Below are positions 1 through 15,876 of a stretch of DNA of 64,000 bases, one piece after another (position 1 is the first letter of the stretch; the number at the start of each line of letters is the position of its first letter). A program made the position numbers and the translations under genes. The stretch lies in NCBI RefSeq assembly GCF_009914755.1, contig NC_060931.1. The stretch is one strand, 5' to 3'. Origin of the DNA: the human T2T-CHM13v2.0 reference genome, Homo sapiens. Below the pieces are notes generated by a model that was given only the letters and a program-made list of their open reading frames with translations, was not told the origin of the DNA and did not search any database.

Positions 1-946
1 TCGTACTTCAAAAGACACCATCAAGAAAGTGAAAAGGCAACCCAAGAATGCGAGAAAATATTTGCAAGTCATGTCTGATAAGGGAATTAAATGCATAAAC
101 AACTTTTACAACTCAATAATAAAAAGACAAATAACTCAATTTAAAAATGGGCAAATAATCTGAATAGATATTTCTCAAAAGGAGATTTACAAGTGAACAA
201 TAGCACATGAAAAGATGTTTGGCATCATTAGCCACCAGGGGAGTACAAATAGAAACCACAATGAGATACCACACTACCTAGCACTGGCTGGCATAGCTAT
301 AATCAAAATGACAGATACTAACAAGTTTTGGCAAGGATGGAAAGAAATTGAAACACTCATAACCTGGTGGTGGGAATGTAAAATGGAAAACAGTCTGGCA
401 GTTCCTCAGAAGGCTAAACATAGTTATCCAGCACCTCTTATCGTAGGTATATACCCAAGAGAAATGAAAATATGTGTCTAAACAAAAACTTGTACATGAA
501 TATTCTTAGCAGCATTGTGAAAGTGGAAAGAACTCCAATGTATACCAACTGATGAATGGATAATTAAAATGTGGTATATCCATGTAATGGAATATTATTT
601 GGCAATAAAAACAAATGAAGTACTGATACATACTACAACATGAAAACCATATGCTAAGTGAAAGAAGCCACTCACAAAGGACAACTTATTGTATGATTCC
701 ATTTATATGAAATGCCCAGAATAAGGCAAGCCATAGAGACATAGAGCTGGTGGTGGGGAGCAGGCAGAGAGGAAATGGGGAATCAATGCTAAGGTTTCTT
801 TTTTGTGGTGATGAAAATGTTCAAAATTGATTATGTTGATGGTTACACAGCCCTGCTTATACACTAAGAACCCCACGGAATTGAATACTTTAAATGGATA
901 AATTATATCATATTTGAATCGTATCTTAATAAAGCTGCTACAAAAA
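1..946 (+). mobile_element. Old L1M (L1MB/ME-type) 3' end: ORF2 C-terminus and 3'UTR
   Basis: Degenerate L1 ORF2 end (AAACCACAATGAGATAC; GIYPREMK in ORF 215-481), L1MB-like 3'UTR (GTGATGAAAATGTT...GATGGTTACAC), ending AATAAAGCTG plus short A-run. Confidence 0.8.
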
Positions 947-1409
947 TTTTTTAAATTGCTGTTATGTTTATATAGAATAAGTCCCATAAAAATGTTCTGA
1001 AGACATTTTTCTGTGTAGAATATTAAGCCAATACTAGTGACAGCAGGCTGATGCCAAAATATTCATATATATTAAACTAGAATGCTGGAGAAAGCTTAAG
1101 GAAAAAGGTACATTAAACAGAGTAGAATTGAAAACTACCTCTTCTCTCTGGTTTCACATAAAGTTTCTATCCTCAGCATGCTGTATGAATTATAAGAAAT
1201 CAGAAGTAAAGAGTAGAAATGCTATTCCATGTGGTTTGGGGTGAAGAAAATAAACTTTTGCATCAAACACGTGTTCAAATACTAACTCAGTTTATTGTGG
1301 GGCAATAAATGACAAAGTTATTTACCTAATGGTAGGGCAATGGTTGAGGAAAACTGTTGAACTGTTTCCCATACATAGTCTGGGGATATGTGGGTATTTT
1401 GTTTGTATG

Positions 1410-1885
1410 TTTTTTGTCTGGCTAGTGTCCTTTTATCCTTCTTTTGGTACCAGAATCTAGAAATATCCTTGGGAGAAACATCTTTCTCCTTCTGTCAGTT
1501 CCTGTACTTTGGTGAACTTGAATTCCTTCCTGCTTTTCCATGTAGGTGCCTGTAGCCTGGATGATCAGCGCATTCCGAGGTTTAGGGATGGGGCCAAATC
1601 AAATGTAGCCAGTAGGATTAATCTTATGGCCTTTGTTTGATTGTGAAAGTGGACTTCCCTCTGCTGCTGTGGGTGAGCTCGAATCTGACAGGACAAATGT
1701 CTGGAGTTCTCGGACTTCCTGCCCAACTCATGAAGTCTGAGCGTGTGGCCAGTGCTGTTGTGAGAGAGCGGAAACATGCAAAGGTCCTGGGTCCTAGGGA
1801 CATCATTATGGCCCTTGTTAAAGGCACAACAGCATGAGCCCTGGACTTTCAGTTATAAGCCGAGACTTTTGCTTTCAAGCTTAAA
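1410..1885 (+). mobile_element. Degenerate MaLR LTR (MLT1K/L-like)
   Basis: GGACTTTCAGTTATAAGCC 3' motif typical of old MLT1 LTRs; boundaries approximate. Confidence 0.4.
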
Positions 1886-1934
1886 TAAGTATTGGAAATT
1901 ACCTGTACCCAAATGAATCCAAAGGTAACATTAC

Positions 1935-2501
1935 TTGCTGTTCCAGTTACTATGGCTTGTAGCAAATGGACCCAAAACTTCATGGTTTAACACAAGAACA
2001 CATCTATTTTGCTCACAAATCAGCAATCTGGGTGGGGATTGGAGTGGCTCATTTCTGCTCTATTCAGCGTTAGTTGTGGCTGGAAGCTGGGGCTGGACTC
2101 ATCTGGAGGTTTACTCCCTTACATCTGGTGCCTGGGCTGGGACAGCTCAAACAGCTGGGACTGGAGAAGTTGGGGCTCCATGGGTCTCTCTCTACATAGT
2201 CTGCCCATGTGCTCTCTCCAGTATGGCAGCTTCAGAGTGGCTGGATTTCCTACATGTCAGCTGAGGGCCCCCAGGGCACGTGTCCCAAGGGAGGAGAGCA
2301 GGGGAGAAGCTCTATCATCTTTTTTGTCTTGCCCTCAGAAGTCATGGAGAATCACATACACCATAGTCCCAGGCCCACCCAGATTGGAGAGGAGCAAACG
2401 TGGACCCCACGTTTTGATGGAAGAGTGTCAACATCATACTACAGGAATTTATGGATTGGGATATACTGGCATAGCCATTTTTGAAAATACAATTGGCCAC
2501 A
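1935..2501 (-). mobile_element. MLT1H/G-like MaLR solo LTR
   Basis: Reverse complement begins TGTGGCCAATTGTATTTTCAAAAATGGC; typical internal MLT1 motifs. Confidence 0.7.
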
Positions 2502-3319
2502 CACTATGAGGTATTTGTAAAGATTAAATAAAAATTTTGTCATGAGACTATCCTGCAAAAATATGATATAGAGCTGGAGACCCAAATGGGCTGAGAGACT
2601 CTAAGGAGACTGTGTGAACTGGAAAAAATTATCTGGCCAAGCCAGGGAAATGCTAGTGAGGAGAGATCAAAGAGGGAGTTGAGTGGAGAAAAGCAATACC
2701 CAAGTTTTATCATGTCTAGCTCTAAAAGCAAAAACCACAGAGGCTTGATAAAGGAAATGTACAAATAACATTTATTTATAAATCTGTTGTTTCTACATAT
2801 GCTAGCATTTCTGATTAAAGCTGTTTATTTTTGCAGTCATGCTTGCATAACAGCAGAGGATAAATGAACATGGTGCCAGCCTCTTCTCTTGGTTCAAAAC
2901 TTCCTATGATAGAAGTTTTACTCTGTTAATCCTGTGACTGAAGCAGAATGCCAACATTAATATTCCTAAAATGTATCTTCAATATTTTTTTGAGAAATCA
3001 ATATAAGGATTTTGGAAGCTAATGCCATAAAATTACAAATAAAGTTACAAAGTGACAGCAAATGTTGGATACTTATATTAAATATGAATCAGAATATTGC
3101 TTGGGGGTTAAGACAGAATGACAAAGTGAGTAAAGCCAAGACTAACACAAAATTTACTGATGAGGCCATTGCAATTAAATTGAGTTACAGTAATAAAAAA
3201 CCCTTTAGATTCAACGTCTAAAACAATGCAAAGGAACTAGCTCTCCAACTTTGTAAAGTCATTCTGCCCCCTCTAAACTTCAATTTCCTCATGGACAAAA
3301 TGAAAGTGTCTGATTAGAG

Positions 3320-3640
3320 CAGGGGTTTCCAATCTTTTGGCTTGCCTTGACCCAAGACGAAGAAGAAACCAATTCTCTTTTTCCAATAGGATTGGAAAAA
3401 GAATTGCTAATTCTTCTTTTTCCAATAGGATTGGAAAAAGAATTGCTAATTCTTCTTTTTCCAATAGGATTGGAAAAAGAATTGCTAATTCTTCTTTTTC
3501 CAGTAGGATTGGAAAAAGAATTGCTAATTCTTCTTTTTCCAGTAGGATTGGAAAAAGAAGAATTGCCTTGGGCCACAAATAAAATACACTAACACTAACG
3601 ATAGCCAATGAGCTAAAACAAACAAGCAAACAAACACAAC
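3320..3640 (+). mobile_element. MER30 hAT MITE, 5' half only
   Basis: CAGGGGTTTCCAATCTTTTGGCTT start and GAAGAATTGCCTTGGGCCACAAATAAAATACACTAACACTAACGATAGC match recalled MER30 consensus; ends in the A-rich middle where the L1 begins. Confidence 0.85.
3371..3564. repeat. Tandem array, 5 x 39 bp, each unit a hairpin
   Basis: Unit AATTCTTCTTTTTCCAATAGGATTGGAAAAAGAATTGCT; copies start at 3371 (38 bp), 3409, 3448, 3487 and 3526. Confidence 0.97.
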
Positions 3641-3647
3641 AGCATCT

Positions 3648-4634
3648 TGCTTCCAAGATGGCCAAATAGGAACAGCTCCAGTCTATAGCTCCAGGTGTGA
3701 GCAACACAGAAGATGGGTGATTTCTGCATTTCCAACTGAGGTACCGGGTTCATCTCACTGGGGCTTGTCAGACAGTGGGTGCAGCCCACGGAGCATGAGC
3801 CAAAGCAGGGAGGGGCATCACCTCACCTGGGAAGTGCAAGGGGTTGGGGAAGTCCCTTTCCTAGCCAAGGGAAGCTGTGACAGATGGTACCTGGAAAATC
3901 GGGACACTCCCACCATGACACTGCACTTTTCCAACAGCCTTAGCAAATGGCACACCAGGAGATTATATCCCATGCATGGCTCAGAGGGTCCCACGCCCAC
4001 AGAACCTCGCTCACTGCTAGCACAGCAGTCTGAGAGCAAACTGCAAGGTGGCGCGAGGCTGGGAGAGGGGCCTCCACCATTGCTGAGGCTTGAGTAGGTA
4101 AACAAGGAGGCTAGGAAGCTCGAACTGGGTGGAGCCCACTGCAGCTTAAGCAGGGCTGCCTGCCTCTCTAAACTCCACTTCTTGGGGCAGGGCATAGCTG
4201 AACAAAAGGCAGCAGAAACTTCTGCAGACTTAAACGTCCCTGTCTGACAGCTTTGAAGAGAGTAGTGGTTCTCCCAGCACGGAATTTGAGATCTGAGAAA
4301 GGACAGACTGCCTCCTCAAGTGGGTCCCTGACCCCCACGTAGCCTAATTGGGAGGCACCTCCGAGTAGGGGCTGACTGACACCTCATATGGCCAGGTGGC
4401 CGGGTGACCCTCTGAGATGAAGCTTCCAGAGGAAGGATCAGGCAGCAACATTTGCCATTCTGCAGCCTCCGCTGCAAAAGGGGTCTGGAGTGGACCTCCA
4501 GCAAACTACAACAGACCTGCAGCTGAGGGTCCTGACTGTTAGAAGGAAAGCTAACAAACAGAAAGGACATCCACACCAAAACCCCATCTGTACGTCACCA
4601 TCATCAAAGACCAAAGGTAGATAAAACCACAAAG
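3648..4634 (+). promoter_or_regulatory. L1 5'UTR internal promoter (CpG-decayed)
   Basis: YY1-type AAGATGGCC at the 5' end; UTR runs to ORF1 ATG 4635; most consensus CpGs are now TpG/CpA. Confidence 0.75.
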
Positions 4635-5408
4635 ATGGGGAAAAAGCAGAGCAGAAAAGCTAAAAATTCTAAAAATCAGAGCACCTTTTCTCCTCCAAAG
4701 GAATGCAGCTCCTCGCCAGCAATGGAACAAAGCTGGACAGAGAATGACTTTGATGAGTTGAGAGAAGGCTTCAGACGATTGGTATTAACAAACTTCTCTG
4801 AGCTAAAGGAGGACGTTTGAACCCATCGCAAAGAAGCTAAAAACCTTGAAAAAAGATTAGATGAATGGCTAACTAGATAACCAGTGCAGAGAAGTCCTTA
4901 AAGGACCTGATGGAGCTGAAAACCATGGCATGAGAACTACGTGACACATGCACAAGCTTCAGCAGCCGATTTGATCAAGTGGAAGCAAGGGTATCAGTGA
5001 TTGAAGAACAAATGAATGAAATGAAGTGAGAAGAGACGTTTAAAGAAAAAAGAGTAAAAAGAAATGAACAAAGCCTCCAAGAAATATGGGACTATGTGGA
5101 AAGACCAAATCTACATCTGATCAGTGTACCGAAAGTGACAGGGAGAATGGAACCAAGTTGGAAAACACTCTTCAGGATATTATCCAGGAGAACTTCCCCA
5201 ACCTAGCAAGGCAGGCCAACATTCAAATTCAGGAAATACAGAGAACGCCACAAAGATACTCCTCGAGAAGAGCAACTCCAAGACACATAATTGTCAGATT
5301 CACCAAAGTTGAAATGAAGGAAAAAATGTTAAGGGCAGCCAGAGAGAAAAGTCAGGTTACCCACAAAGGGAAGCCCATCAGACTAACAGCGGATCTCTTG
5401 GCAGAAAC
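4635..5408 (+). pseudogene. L1 ORF1p, disrupted and C-terminally deleted
   Basis: MGKKQSRK start, stop at 4818, frameshifts, RRM-region peptide ENFPNLARQANIQIQEIQRTP; breaks off after GKPIRLTADLLAET. Confidence 0.92.
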
Positions 5409-5420
5409 AATGATCAATGA

Positions 5421-8785
<3,365 letters not shown>

Positions 8786-9194
8786 ACAATGAGAACACAT
8801 GGACACAGGAAGGGGAACATCACACTCTGGGGACTGTTGTGGGGTGGGGGGAGGGGTGAGGGATAGAATTGGGAGACATACCTAATGCTAGATGACGAGT
8901 TAGTGGGTGCAGCACACCAGCATGGCACATGTATACATATGTAACTAACCTGCACATTGTGCACAAGTACCCTAAAACTTAAAGTATAATAATAATAAAT
9001 AAATAAATAAATAAAAAAGAAATTAGTGGTGTTGAGGAATAGTTCTCTTTTATTGTAAGAGAATGGCTGACTTTTTTTTTATTACTTCCAAGGCTTTCAT
9101 TTTTAAGTGTCTGAAACAAGAAGATAGCATAAATAAGTAGGCTTTAACATCACCATGCCAAATTATGCATATTTATTATGTGCCCTGAGAGAAC

Positions 9195-9290
9195 ATGACC
9201 TTTTAGAGAGGGACTTATATTTTATTCACCTATATACTCTGGTCTATAGTGTAATGGCTAGCACACAGAAAGCTGTCAATAAATGTTTGA
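9195..9290 (+). mobile_element. L2 3' end fragment
   Basis: GGCTAGCACACAGAAAGCTGTCAATAAATGTTTGA resembles the L2 terminus. Confidence 0.5.
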
Positions 9291-9649
9291 TTTTGTAGTG
9301 TTTCTGTGTCCAGAGGGAGTGGCCCTCCTATAGGTACAGGTGTGCAAAGATGGTTCCCCATGTTCAGGTTGGAGTAGAGGGACCAGTCCCAGCCACCACA
9401 CACCTAATCCCTTCACTGGACATCAGTGCTGACAAGGTGGGAGGCCAAGCAGGGTGGGGAAGCTGGGAGGAGATCATGGGACAGCTTTAAGGATGACTTT
9501 TTCCTTTTTGTATGTTCTCATCACAAAGAGAAAGGTACAACCTGCTGTTAGTGTACCCATTGAAAGTGTTTCTGAGAATATAAATTTGGACTAGCATTTT
9601 AAATTGCACTATCCTTATATCCAGATGCTGCATTTTCAAAAGAACCTTC

Positions 9650-9793
9650 TTTTTTTTTTTTTTTTTGGTGTTGTTGAGACTGGGTCTTACACTATCACCC
9701 AGGCTGTAGTGCAGTGGCACCATCAAAATTCATTGCAGCCTCTAAAACTCCTGGGCTAGAGGAATCCCCTTGCCTTAGCACCCCCAAATAGCT
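9650..9793 (-). mobile_element. Old Alu monomer or partial (FRAM/AluJ-like)
   Basis: T-run followed by GAGACTGGGTCTTACACTATCACCCAGGCTGTAGTGCAGTGG. Confidence 0.8.
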
Positions 9794-10689
9794 CCTTCTT
9801 TCTATTAGAAAATTTATACATAAAGCCTGGCCAGTAACTTGGTCTCCATTTATTCTTTTCTCCAACTATCTATTAATGATCCTATACTTTTAAACTGTGT
9901 TAATTATTGTTTAAATTAGCTATCATATGGGTCAAAATGTAAAGAATCTAATCTAAAGAAGTTTCTCTGTTACCATTGGAGCCTGGCTATTCCATTTCCT
10001 TACAGGCAACCAGCATTATTAGCTTCTTGTCTATCCTTTCTTAGTCTTTTGAGTAAATATGAACAATTAAATCTCAAATCTCTTCTTAACTAAGAATGGG
10101 GCTGTTACTAAGGTCATTTGTTTGTTTCGTGTGGGGTTAACAGTGTAAGGATTTGGCCTTGTCTTTCCTTTTATGGTTTTCTGTTTTGATCTCCCATATT
10201 TCAGATTTGTAAAACAAGCTCTGAGCAGCCAGTGGTCCATTCCCATGTGCTCTCTGTCCCTCTGTCCTCAAGGGCAGAGTGAGCAATGTCACTACGTCTT
10301 TTCATGAAGTCACAGTAAAGCAAATATTACTGTACTGGGGCAGGGCCTTTCGAGTTATTTTCCATCCCACTCTCAACTTTTATTAATCTTCAGAGTCACT
10401 CTGGCAAAAGGTTTCTCTGGCTTCATATCCAGAGATGAAAATCTAAGCTTGTCCCTCATTCAAATTAGTGGGATCTGTCTCTTTACTGTTTTCCTCGCTT
10501 CTCTGTAATCTGAAAGAATGTTGTTTTTTCAAAAGTCCATTACCAAACAATGATTCAGGGCTCCTAAACTGTTTTAATAAAGAAAATTTTCTATTTGTCA
10601 TTTCTCCCATACTTTGTCCGTGAGTGGGTGTGAGGGCAGGCTGGACTTGGAAAAACACTTTAACATGGACTTGTTGACTGGATTCCATT

Positions 10690-11180
10690 ATTTTGTGTGC
10701 CCAGAATTCACCCATTTCCTTTCCTGTGTATTCCCTCCTCCTTCTAGGAACTGTCCTTTCTTCTTCTCCACATGCTTAATTGGGAGCTGCTAGGTGAGTT
10801 CAAATGTAGGTTAGACCCTGGCCACAATTTGTTGGTGCAGGAGTGAACGCCGGATCTAAAATGGATCAATTGTTCTCTTCCCAGGGAATTTGGACTTTGG
10901 TATAAGACTCAAGTCAGTCTCTTTCCAAATGGCTGAACCTACCATTAAGGTAAAATTCAGGAGCTTTGGGCTCCTGAATGCTCCTAGGTTTGCTGTTACA
11001 AGGGTGGAAGAAATAGAGACAGAAAAAATGATGTAAGAAGAGATTGAAGGCTGCTGATGGTGTTCCAGGCCCTGGATTTGGCCGTCACTGCCCTTGCCTT
11101 CCATGAGACATCTCAGTCTTCGGAGTCAGCTAGTTCAGATTGGTTTTCTGTTACTTGCAAGCCAGAGTGTACCAAACACA
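10690..11180 (+). mobile_element. Old MaLR LTR (MLT1K/L-like)
   Basis: 3' end TTGGTTTTCTGTTACTTGCAAGCCAGAG. Confidence 0.5.
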
Positions 11181-12264
11181 GGGGCATGCCAGCAACAGCA
11201 GCCCTGAGCTCTCCTGGGTGAGGTTTTGAAATTTCACTCGCAAGATTCCCTGCAACATTTTCTCCCTTCTGCCAGTTAGAGTTTGGACTCAGATCATGTT
11301 TGTAATTGAAAATATCTAACTGAAATTAAATGTTTCTGAAATTTTTTTTCTCATAAACGTTGAATTACAGTAGAATGTCACTGATACTTCTCTCGTGGCC
11401 AGAAAAATGTTTGTAATTTTCAGTTTGTGTTTGTTTTCTCTAAGCACGTCCCCTTTCTCCTATTCAAACAAACCCTCAGCAGTATTCAGAGAACAGTTAC
11501 TGAGTCTTTGGACTCTTATATGTGCAAACACCTAAACCCAGAAAAGAGATTATGCGAAGTGCTTCTGAGGAAAGCATAGCAAAATTAAAACAGAAATCCT
11601 ACTCCTGCCCGAGGGATCTAGGAGCAGAAAAAAACTTTATTTACCAAGCATAGCCCTGGGGAGGCAAGACCCCAGGAAAAAATGTGGAAATATCTGGGGA
11701 GACAGGCTGTTGTAGACAGTTTTGATGAGATGTGTATACTCTAGAGAGGCAAGGAAGCAGCAGAAAGATGCCCATGCCCGCATGCATGTCAGCGAAGTAG
11801 GACAGAGGAAGGCTGGACTTAAAGGGGCTGTGAAGACAGGAAATCTCAGCCCTGACCTGCAAGGGTTGTGTTCAAGGACTGTAACTATAGATATCCCAGT
11901 GAACACTCATGGAGACAGAGAACTGAAGGACAAGACGCCACAACCTCCAAACCCACCATTCAATGTCCTAGCTCCATTGGAGTCTCCTGGAAACTAAGAC
12001 AAAACTTTGGAAAAAGAGACCCTAAATTGACTGAGAGTAAGTTTCTATTACCCTAGCAGACTGTAGGAAAGAAAGAGAAATTAAGTGGAATGATAAAAAA
12101 TAAAGCCATATTTTGTGCTCACTTGCATTTCTGGACGAAGATTCATACATTGCTTTATTGTGTAGTTAGGGCAAACAATGTGTTCCCAAACACAACAATA
12201 TTTGGTTACAGTCTATAATGACAATCTAAGAAGCTTTTGTTTATTCTGGTCATAATAACTAAAA

Positions 12265-12425
12265 ACTTTTGAGCACTTCTATCATGCCAAGCATTGTGCT
12301 AAGGACTTCATACTTATTATCATGTTGAGTATTTAAAACAACACAAAACGGTAGAAATTCTAATTATCAGTATTTTGTGGATGAGAAATACAAGTCATTG
12401 AGATGATAAAAAATTTTCCCATAAC
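12265..12425 (-). mobile_element. MIR fragment
   Basis: TGAGCACTTCTATCATGCCAAGCATTGTGCTAAG...ATTTTGTGGATGAGAAA resembles the MIR core. Confidence 0.6.
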
Positions 12426-13084
12426 AGACATTATAAAGATTTCCATTTTATTTGTGATGATCGCTTCCTTCAAGGGACTATTTAGATGGGATGTCTATGC
12501 CAGAATAAGAGTTCCCTTGGGATTCCAAATTAACTACACAGTATACAAAGCCAAGATATCATTAAGTGTCTTTTAAAAATTGTTCATTAGCATGAAAAGA
12601 CCTTTACTGAGGGAAAATTTGGACCAGAAACTGCCAGGAACTTGGGTTAACAAGGGCAACTTCTCCTTCAAAGAAACCCAGCCACGGTGGAGTTGTTAAG
12701 AGGTTTGTTGTCAAGAGATGATCTAATTTCTCAAGCACACTAGCCATTAAGTCAGAAAACTACAGATTTTAGAACTTGAAAGGACCACCAAAATTCAGTT
12801 CAGCAAGTGATTGCCTTAGATAAACAGGTCACCACAATCCTACATTATTGGTGGGTGCAATTAAGGCCCTGAGTGATCAAGGGGTGTGGAAACTAATTGT
12901 CTTGCCATTTAATAAATACTTTTTCCATGGCAACCACGTTGTCCCTCATTTCCTGCAGAAGAGAATTCTTTCTTTTATGGAAAATTCTTGAGAGAATTTA
13001 GATTCTATGAGATGACAAAAAGCAAAGAATGAAGAACCATACTACTCCATACTGGCATTTGGTTCAGCCACAACACAATACCAG

Positions 13085-13365
13085 TGTATTAGTCAGAGTT
13101 TTCCAGAGAACCAATAGGATATCTCATCTGTATCTAATCTGTAGGTATCTATATCTATTCATCTCTCTCTCTTTCTCATATAATAGAGAACTATGTGTCT
13201 CAAAGGCTGGAAACTCAGGCTGGTCTCCTACATTGCAGTCCCTTTTTTGGGAAATCCTCAGACTTTACTCTTAAGACCTCTAACTGATTGGAGGCTAATC
13301 TGCTTTATTCTAAGTTTACTGGTTTAAATGTGAATCTCATCAAAAAAAATACCTTCACAGCAATC
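13085..13365 (-). mobile_element. MLT2 (ERVL LTR) fragment
   Basis: TGTATTAGTCAGAGTTTTCCAGAGAACC and TAATCTGCTTTATTCTAAGTTTACTGGTTTAAATGTGAATCTCATC, similar to the MLT2 at 53.7 kb. Confidence 0.7.
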
Positions 13366-14949
13366 ATTGACCCAAGAAGCTTGAAAGGCTTCTCTAGTTT
13401 AGGGTTTCACCAAAGACAGGTTGCATGGAATTTTAGTAAGCATTCCACCCAAAAAGTTTCTGTGATCAATGTTTTTTGGCTTAAACAATGTCAAACACTT
13501 TTATTTATTAGAGAAAGCCTTTATTATGCTCAAAATGCTGGGAATTCCCCATGTGGGGGTTATGGTTTGCAGTGATCCCTGGTTTTTATACTCAATCTTT
13601 TTTGTGTGAGTCATCTCTCTGAACAAGCATTTTTGGAAGCAGACACACTGATTAAAATAAATCTCTCTATTTTGTAGCTGACAAAACCAAGGCCAAGAGA
13701 GGGGAAGGGCTCTGGCTCACAGAGAGTTGGTGGCAGTCACAGACCAAAGTTTACTGACTTCAGTGTTCTTTCCAAATGCAAAATGTAAAAAGTTGAGAAT
13801 AAATGGAGAGGATTGGAGCCATTCCTAGGGAGGTGTTTGACCCAAGGCAGGCAGCTCTGGTGGGTTTTGTACCTCTCCAGCATTTCTGAATAGCTGAAGT
13901 TAGGCCTGATTCATGCAGAGATGGGAGATGGGTACATGGTAGAAATGGAAGCCCCACTGGCTCTGTTTTGATGATGGTCATGTCTGTAGACTATCAGAAG
14001 ATAGAGCCATCTCCTTTTCTCCCTGAGTCAAATTTCTCTGAGTAACAGCCCATTTGTCAGCAGGTGGTGGTGGGAGAAGGGGTTGAGTGAACCAGTCTTG
14101 GGGTTTGAGACAATTGCCTCCATTTGCTATACCTTGAAGATGACAATGGTAGCAATTTCCACCTAGTTGAAACATATCATCAGAAGAAAGGTTATTAATA
14201 TATGAGGGCATATCAGTCAAGGAAGCTATTTAGCATTACAATTAATAGGGGAATATCTTCAGAAGCTCCTTTCCAGGAGAGTCAAAAAGCCTTATTAGAT
14301 TAATTCTTTTTCCTTGGCTATTGGCTAGGGCAGATGATTTAAAAGCTATTATGCTAAATTTATTTTGTTATATTCTCTTTCAGGAATAGACATCCCCCAG
14401 TATGTGTGAATTTCTTAGATTCATTTACATCTTTACTTTAAATCTTTCTGGGAACTCTTCGGTGATCCCAGGTCATATAACTTCATATAACCTCGTTCAT
14501 ATTTTCTTCTGTGATAGAAGCATCAAATATAGGTGCCAGTATCTAATTTATTATTACTGGTTTTCCCAGTGTTCTCAAGCAAGTGTGGAGGAGACTGGGA
14601 CATAAACTAAAACCATAAAGTCATCCTAGGGGATGAGACCAGTATTGTAAAGATATTCATATTTTGTCTGACAATGGCCTGTGGTGGTTCTTCACAAACT
14701 AGCCTTGAAAATTAGGAGATAATCACCCGTGCACCCCCTTTTTCTAATTGTTAAAGACCCAATCCTCAAATCATCTTATTTCCCCTTACATTTTCCTCTT
14801 AGAGCTAAGAGCATCTACATATTTAATATCCATGACATAAAGCAGCTCTTGTTGGGGTTCTCACCACTGCACCCTCTCTGGGTCAATCATGGATTCTGAA
14901 AGATGCAGCAAAATGGACACTTTCAGCATATGCACTTTCTTTAAACCTG

Positions 14950-15385
14950 GGGTCTTAGCTTCGGTTCCCTAGCAGCAGAGCCTGCAGCAGGAATTCTAGC
15001 ACAAATAATTTATTAACAGCATGATATCAGGTGAATTCAGTAAGGGAATGAGAGAAGTGGCATAGCACAGGGGAAGAAGCTAAGCAAGATGTGGTTTCAG
15101 CTGGATGATTTCAGCTGGAATTTAGGCGCAGTCTGAATTAATGGGAAGCTTTGGAGCAAGACTAGTACCATGGAATTGTCAAACATTGAGGCTAGATGGG
15201 CTTTGTGTATCCCTATATCAGTCAGTTAATGGCTGCAGGTTGCCCTGGGGGGAAGGGGTAACTTCTTATCAGTTCTGGTTGAGGGAGCTACCACAGCAGT
15301 TCGTGGAGGATATGGCAGCTGGGGGATTGGTGCATTGGTTCAGTAAAAGGTACCTGGGTAGGTCACCAAGAACAGCTATAACTAG
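14950..15385 (-). mobile_element. ERVL LTR (LTR16/LTR33-like)
   Basis: GTCTTAGCTTCGGTTCCCTAGCAGCAGAGCCTG is the reverse complement of an LTR16-type 3' end. Confidence 0.55.
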
Positions 15386-15687
15386 GCAGACTTATTCTGA
15401 ATCCCCACTTCCCTGTTTATTCTTCTGACTTTAGCATACATTAGCATAAAGATAACATATACTGCACTCCCTCAGCCCAGAAAACAGACCCAGCTCTTGG
15501 CATTCAGCTCCCTCCTTCACCATAACCCACATAACCTAAACACTAACTGGAGCTCCTAATTTTAAATCCCCAAATTTACCCTCACATCTTTAAGCCTTGA
15601 ACTCCCTCATCTCCTCTCTGTTTATTAACCATTTACTCCATTGACAAGAGTTTCTGCTCACCACCCAGATTCGGTTTTGGTAGGGCA

Positions 15688-15876
15688 GTGCATTAATTAT
15701 TTATTGCAATGTAAGAAATTACCTCCAAACAGAGTGTTTTAAAACAATGATAAACGTTTATTTTCTTATAGTTGGGCTTGGCTGGGTTGTTCTTCTAGCT
15801 CAGGGTGTTTTTTTGATTTTTCTTTTGACAAACATAACATCTGTTTTTCAGATGTTGGCTGGGGCGGCAATCATTT
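15688..15876 (-). mobile_element. MLT1F LTR, left piece (split by ERV)
   Basis: MLT1 terminus (ATTGCAATGTAAGAAATTACCTCCAAAC); continues at 26763. Confidence 0.6.

Noticed and set aside
3371-3564. CRISPR-like palindromic repeat array
   Set aside because: No unique spacers, no cas genes, and the context is a primate transposon.
3273-3707. ORFs with 13-aa repeats (ELAILFPILLEKE etc.) on both strands
   Set aside because: By-product of a 39-bp (3n) stop-poor tandem repeat; no gene context.
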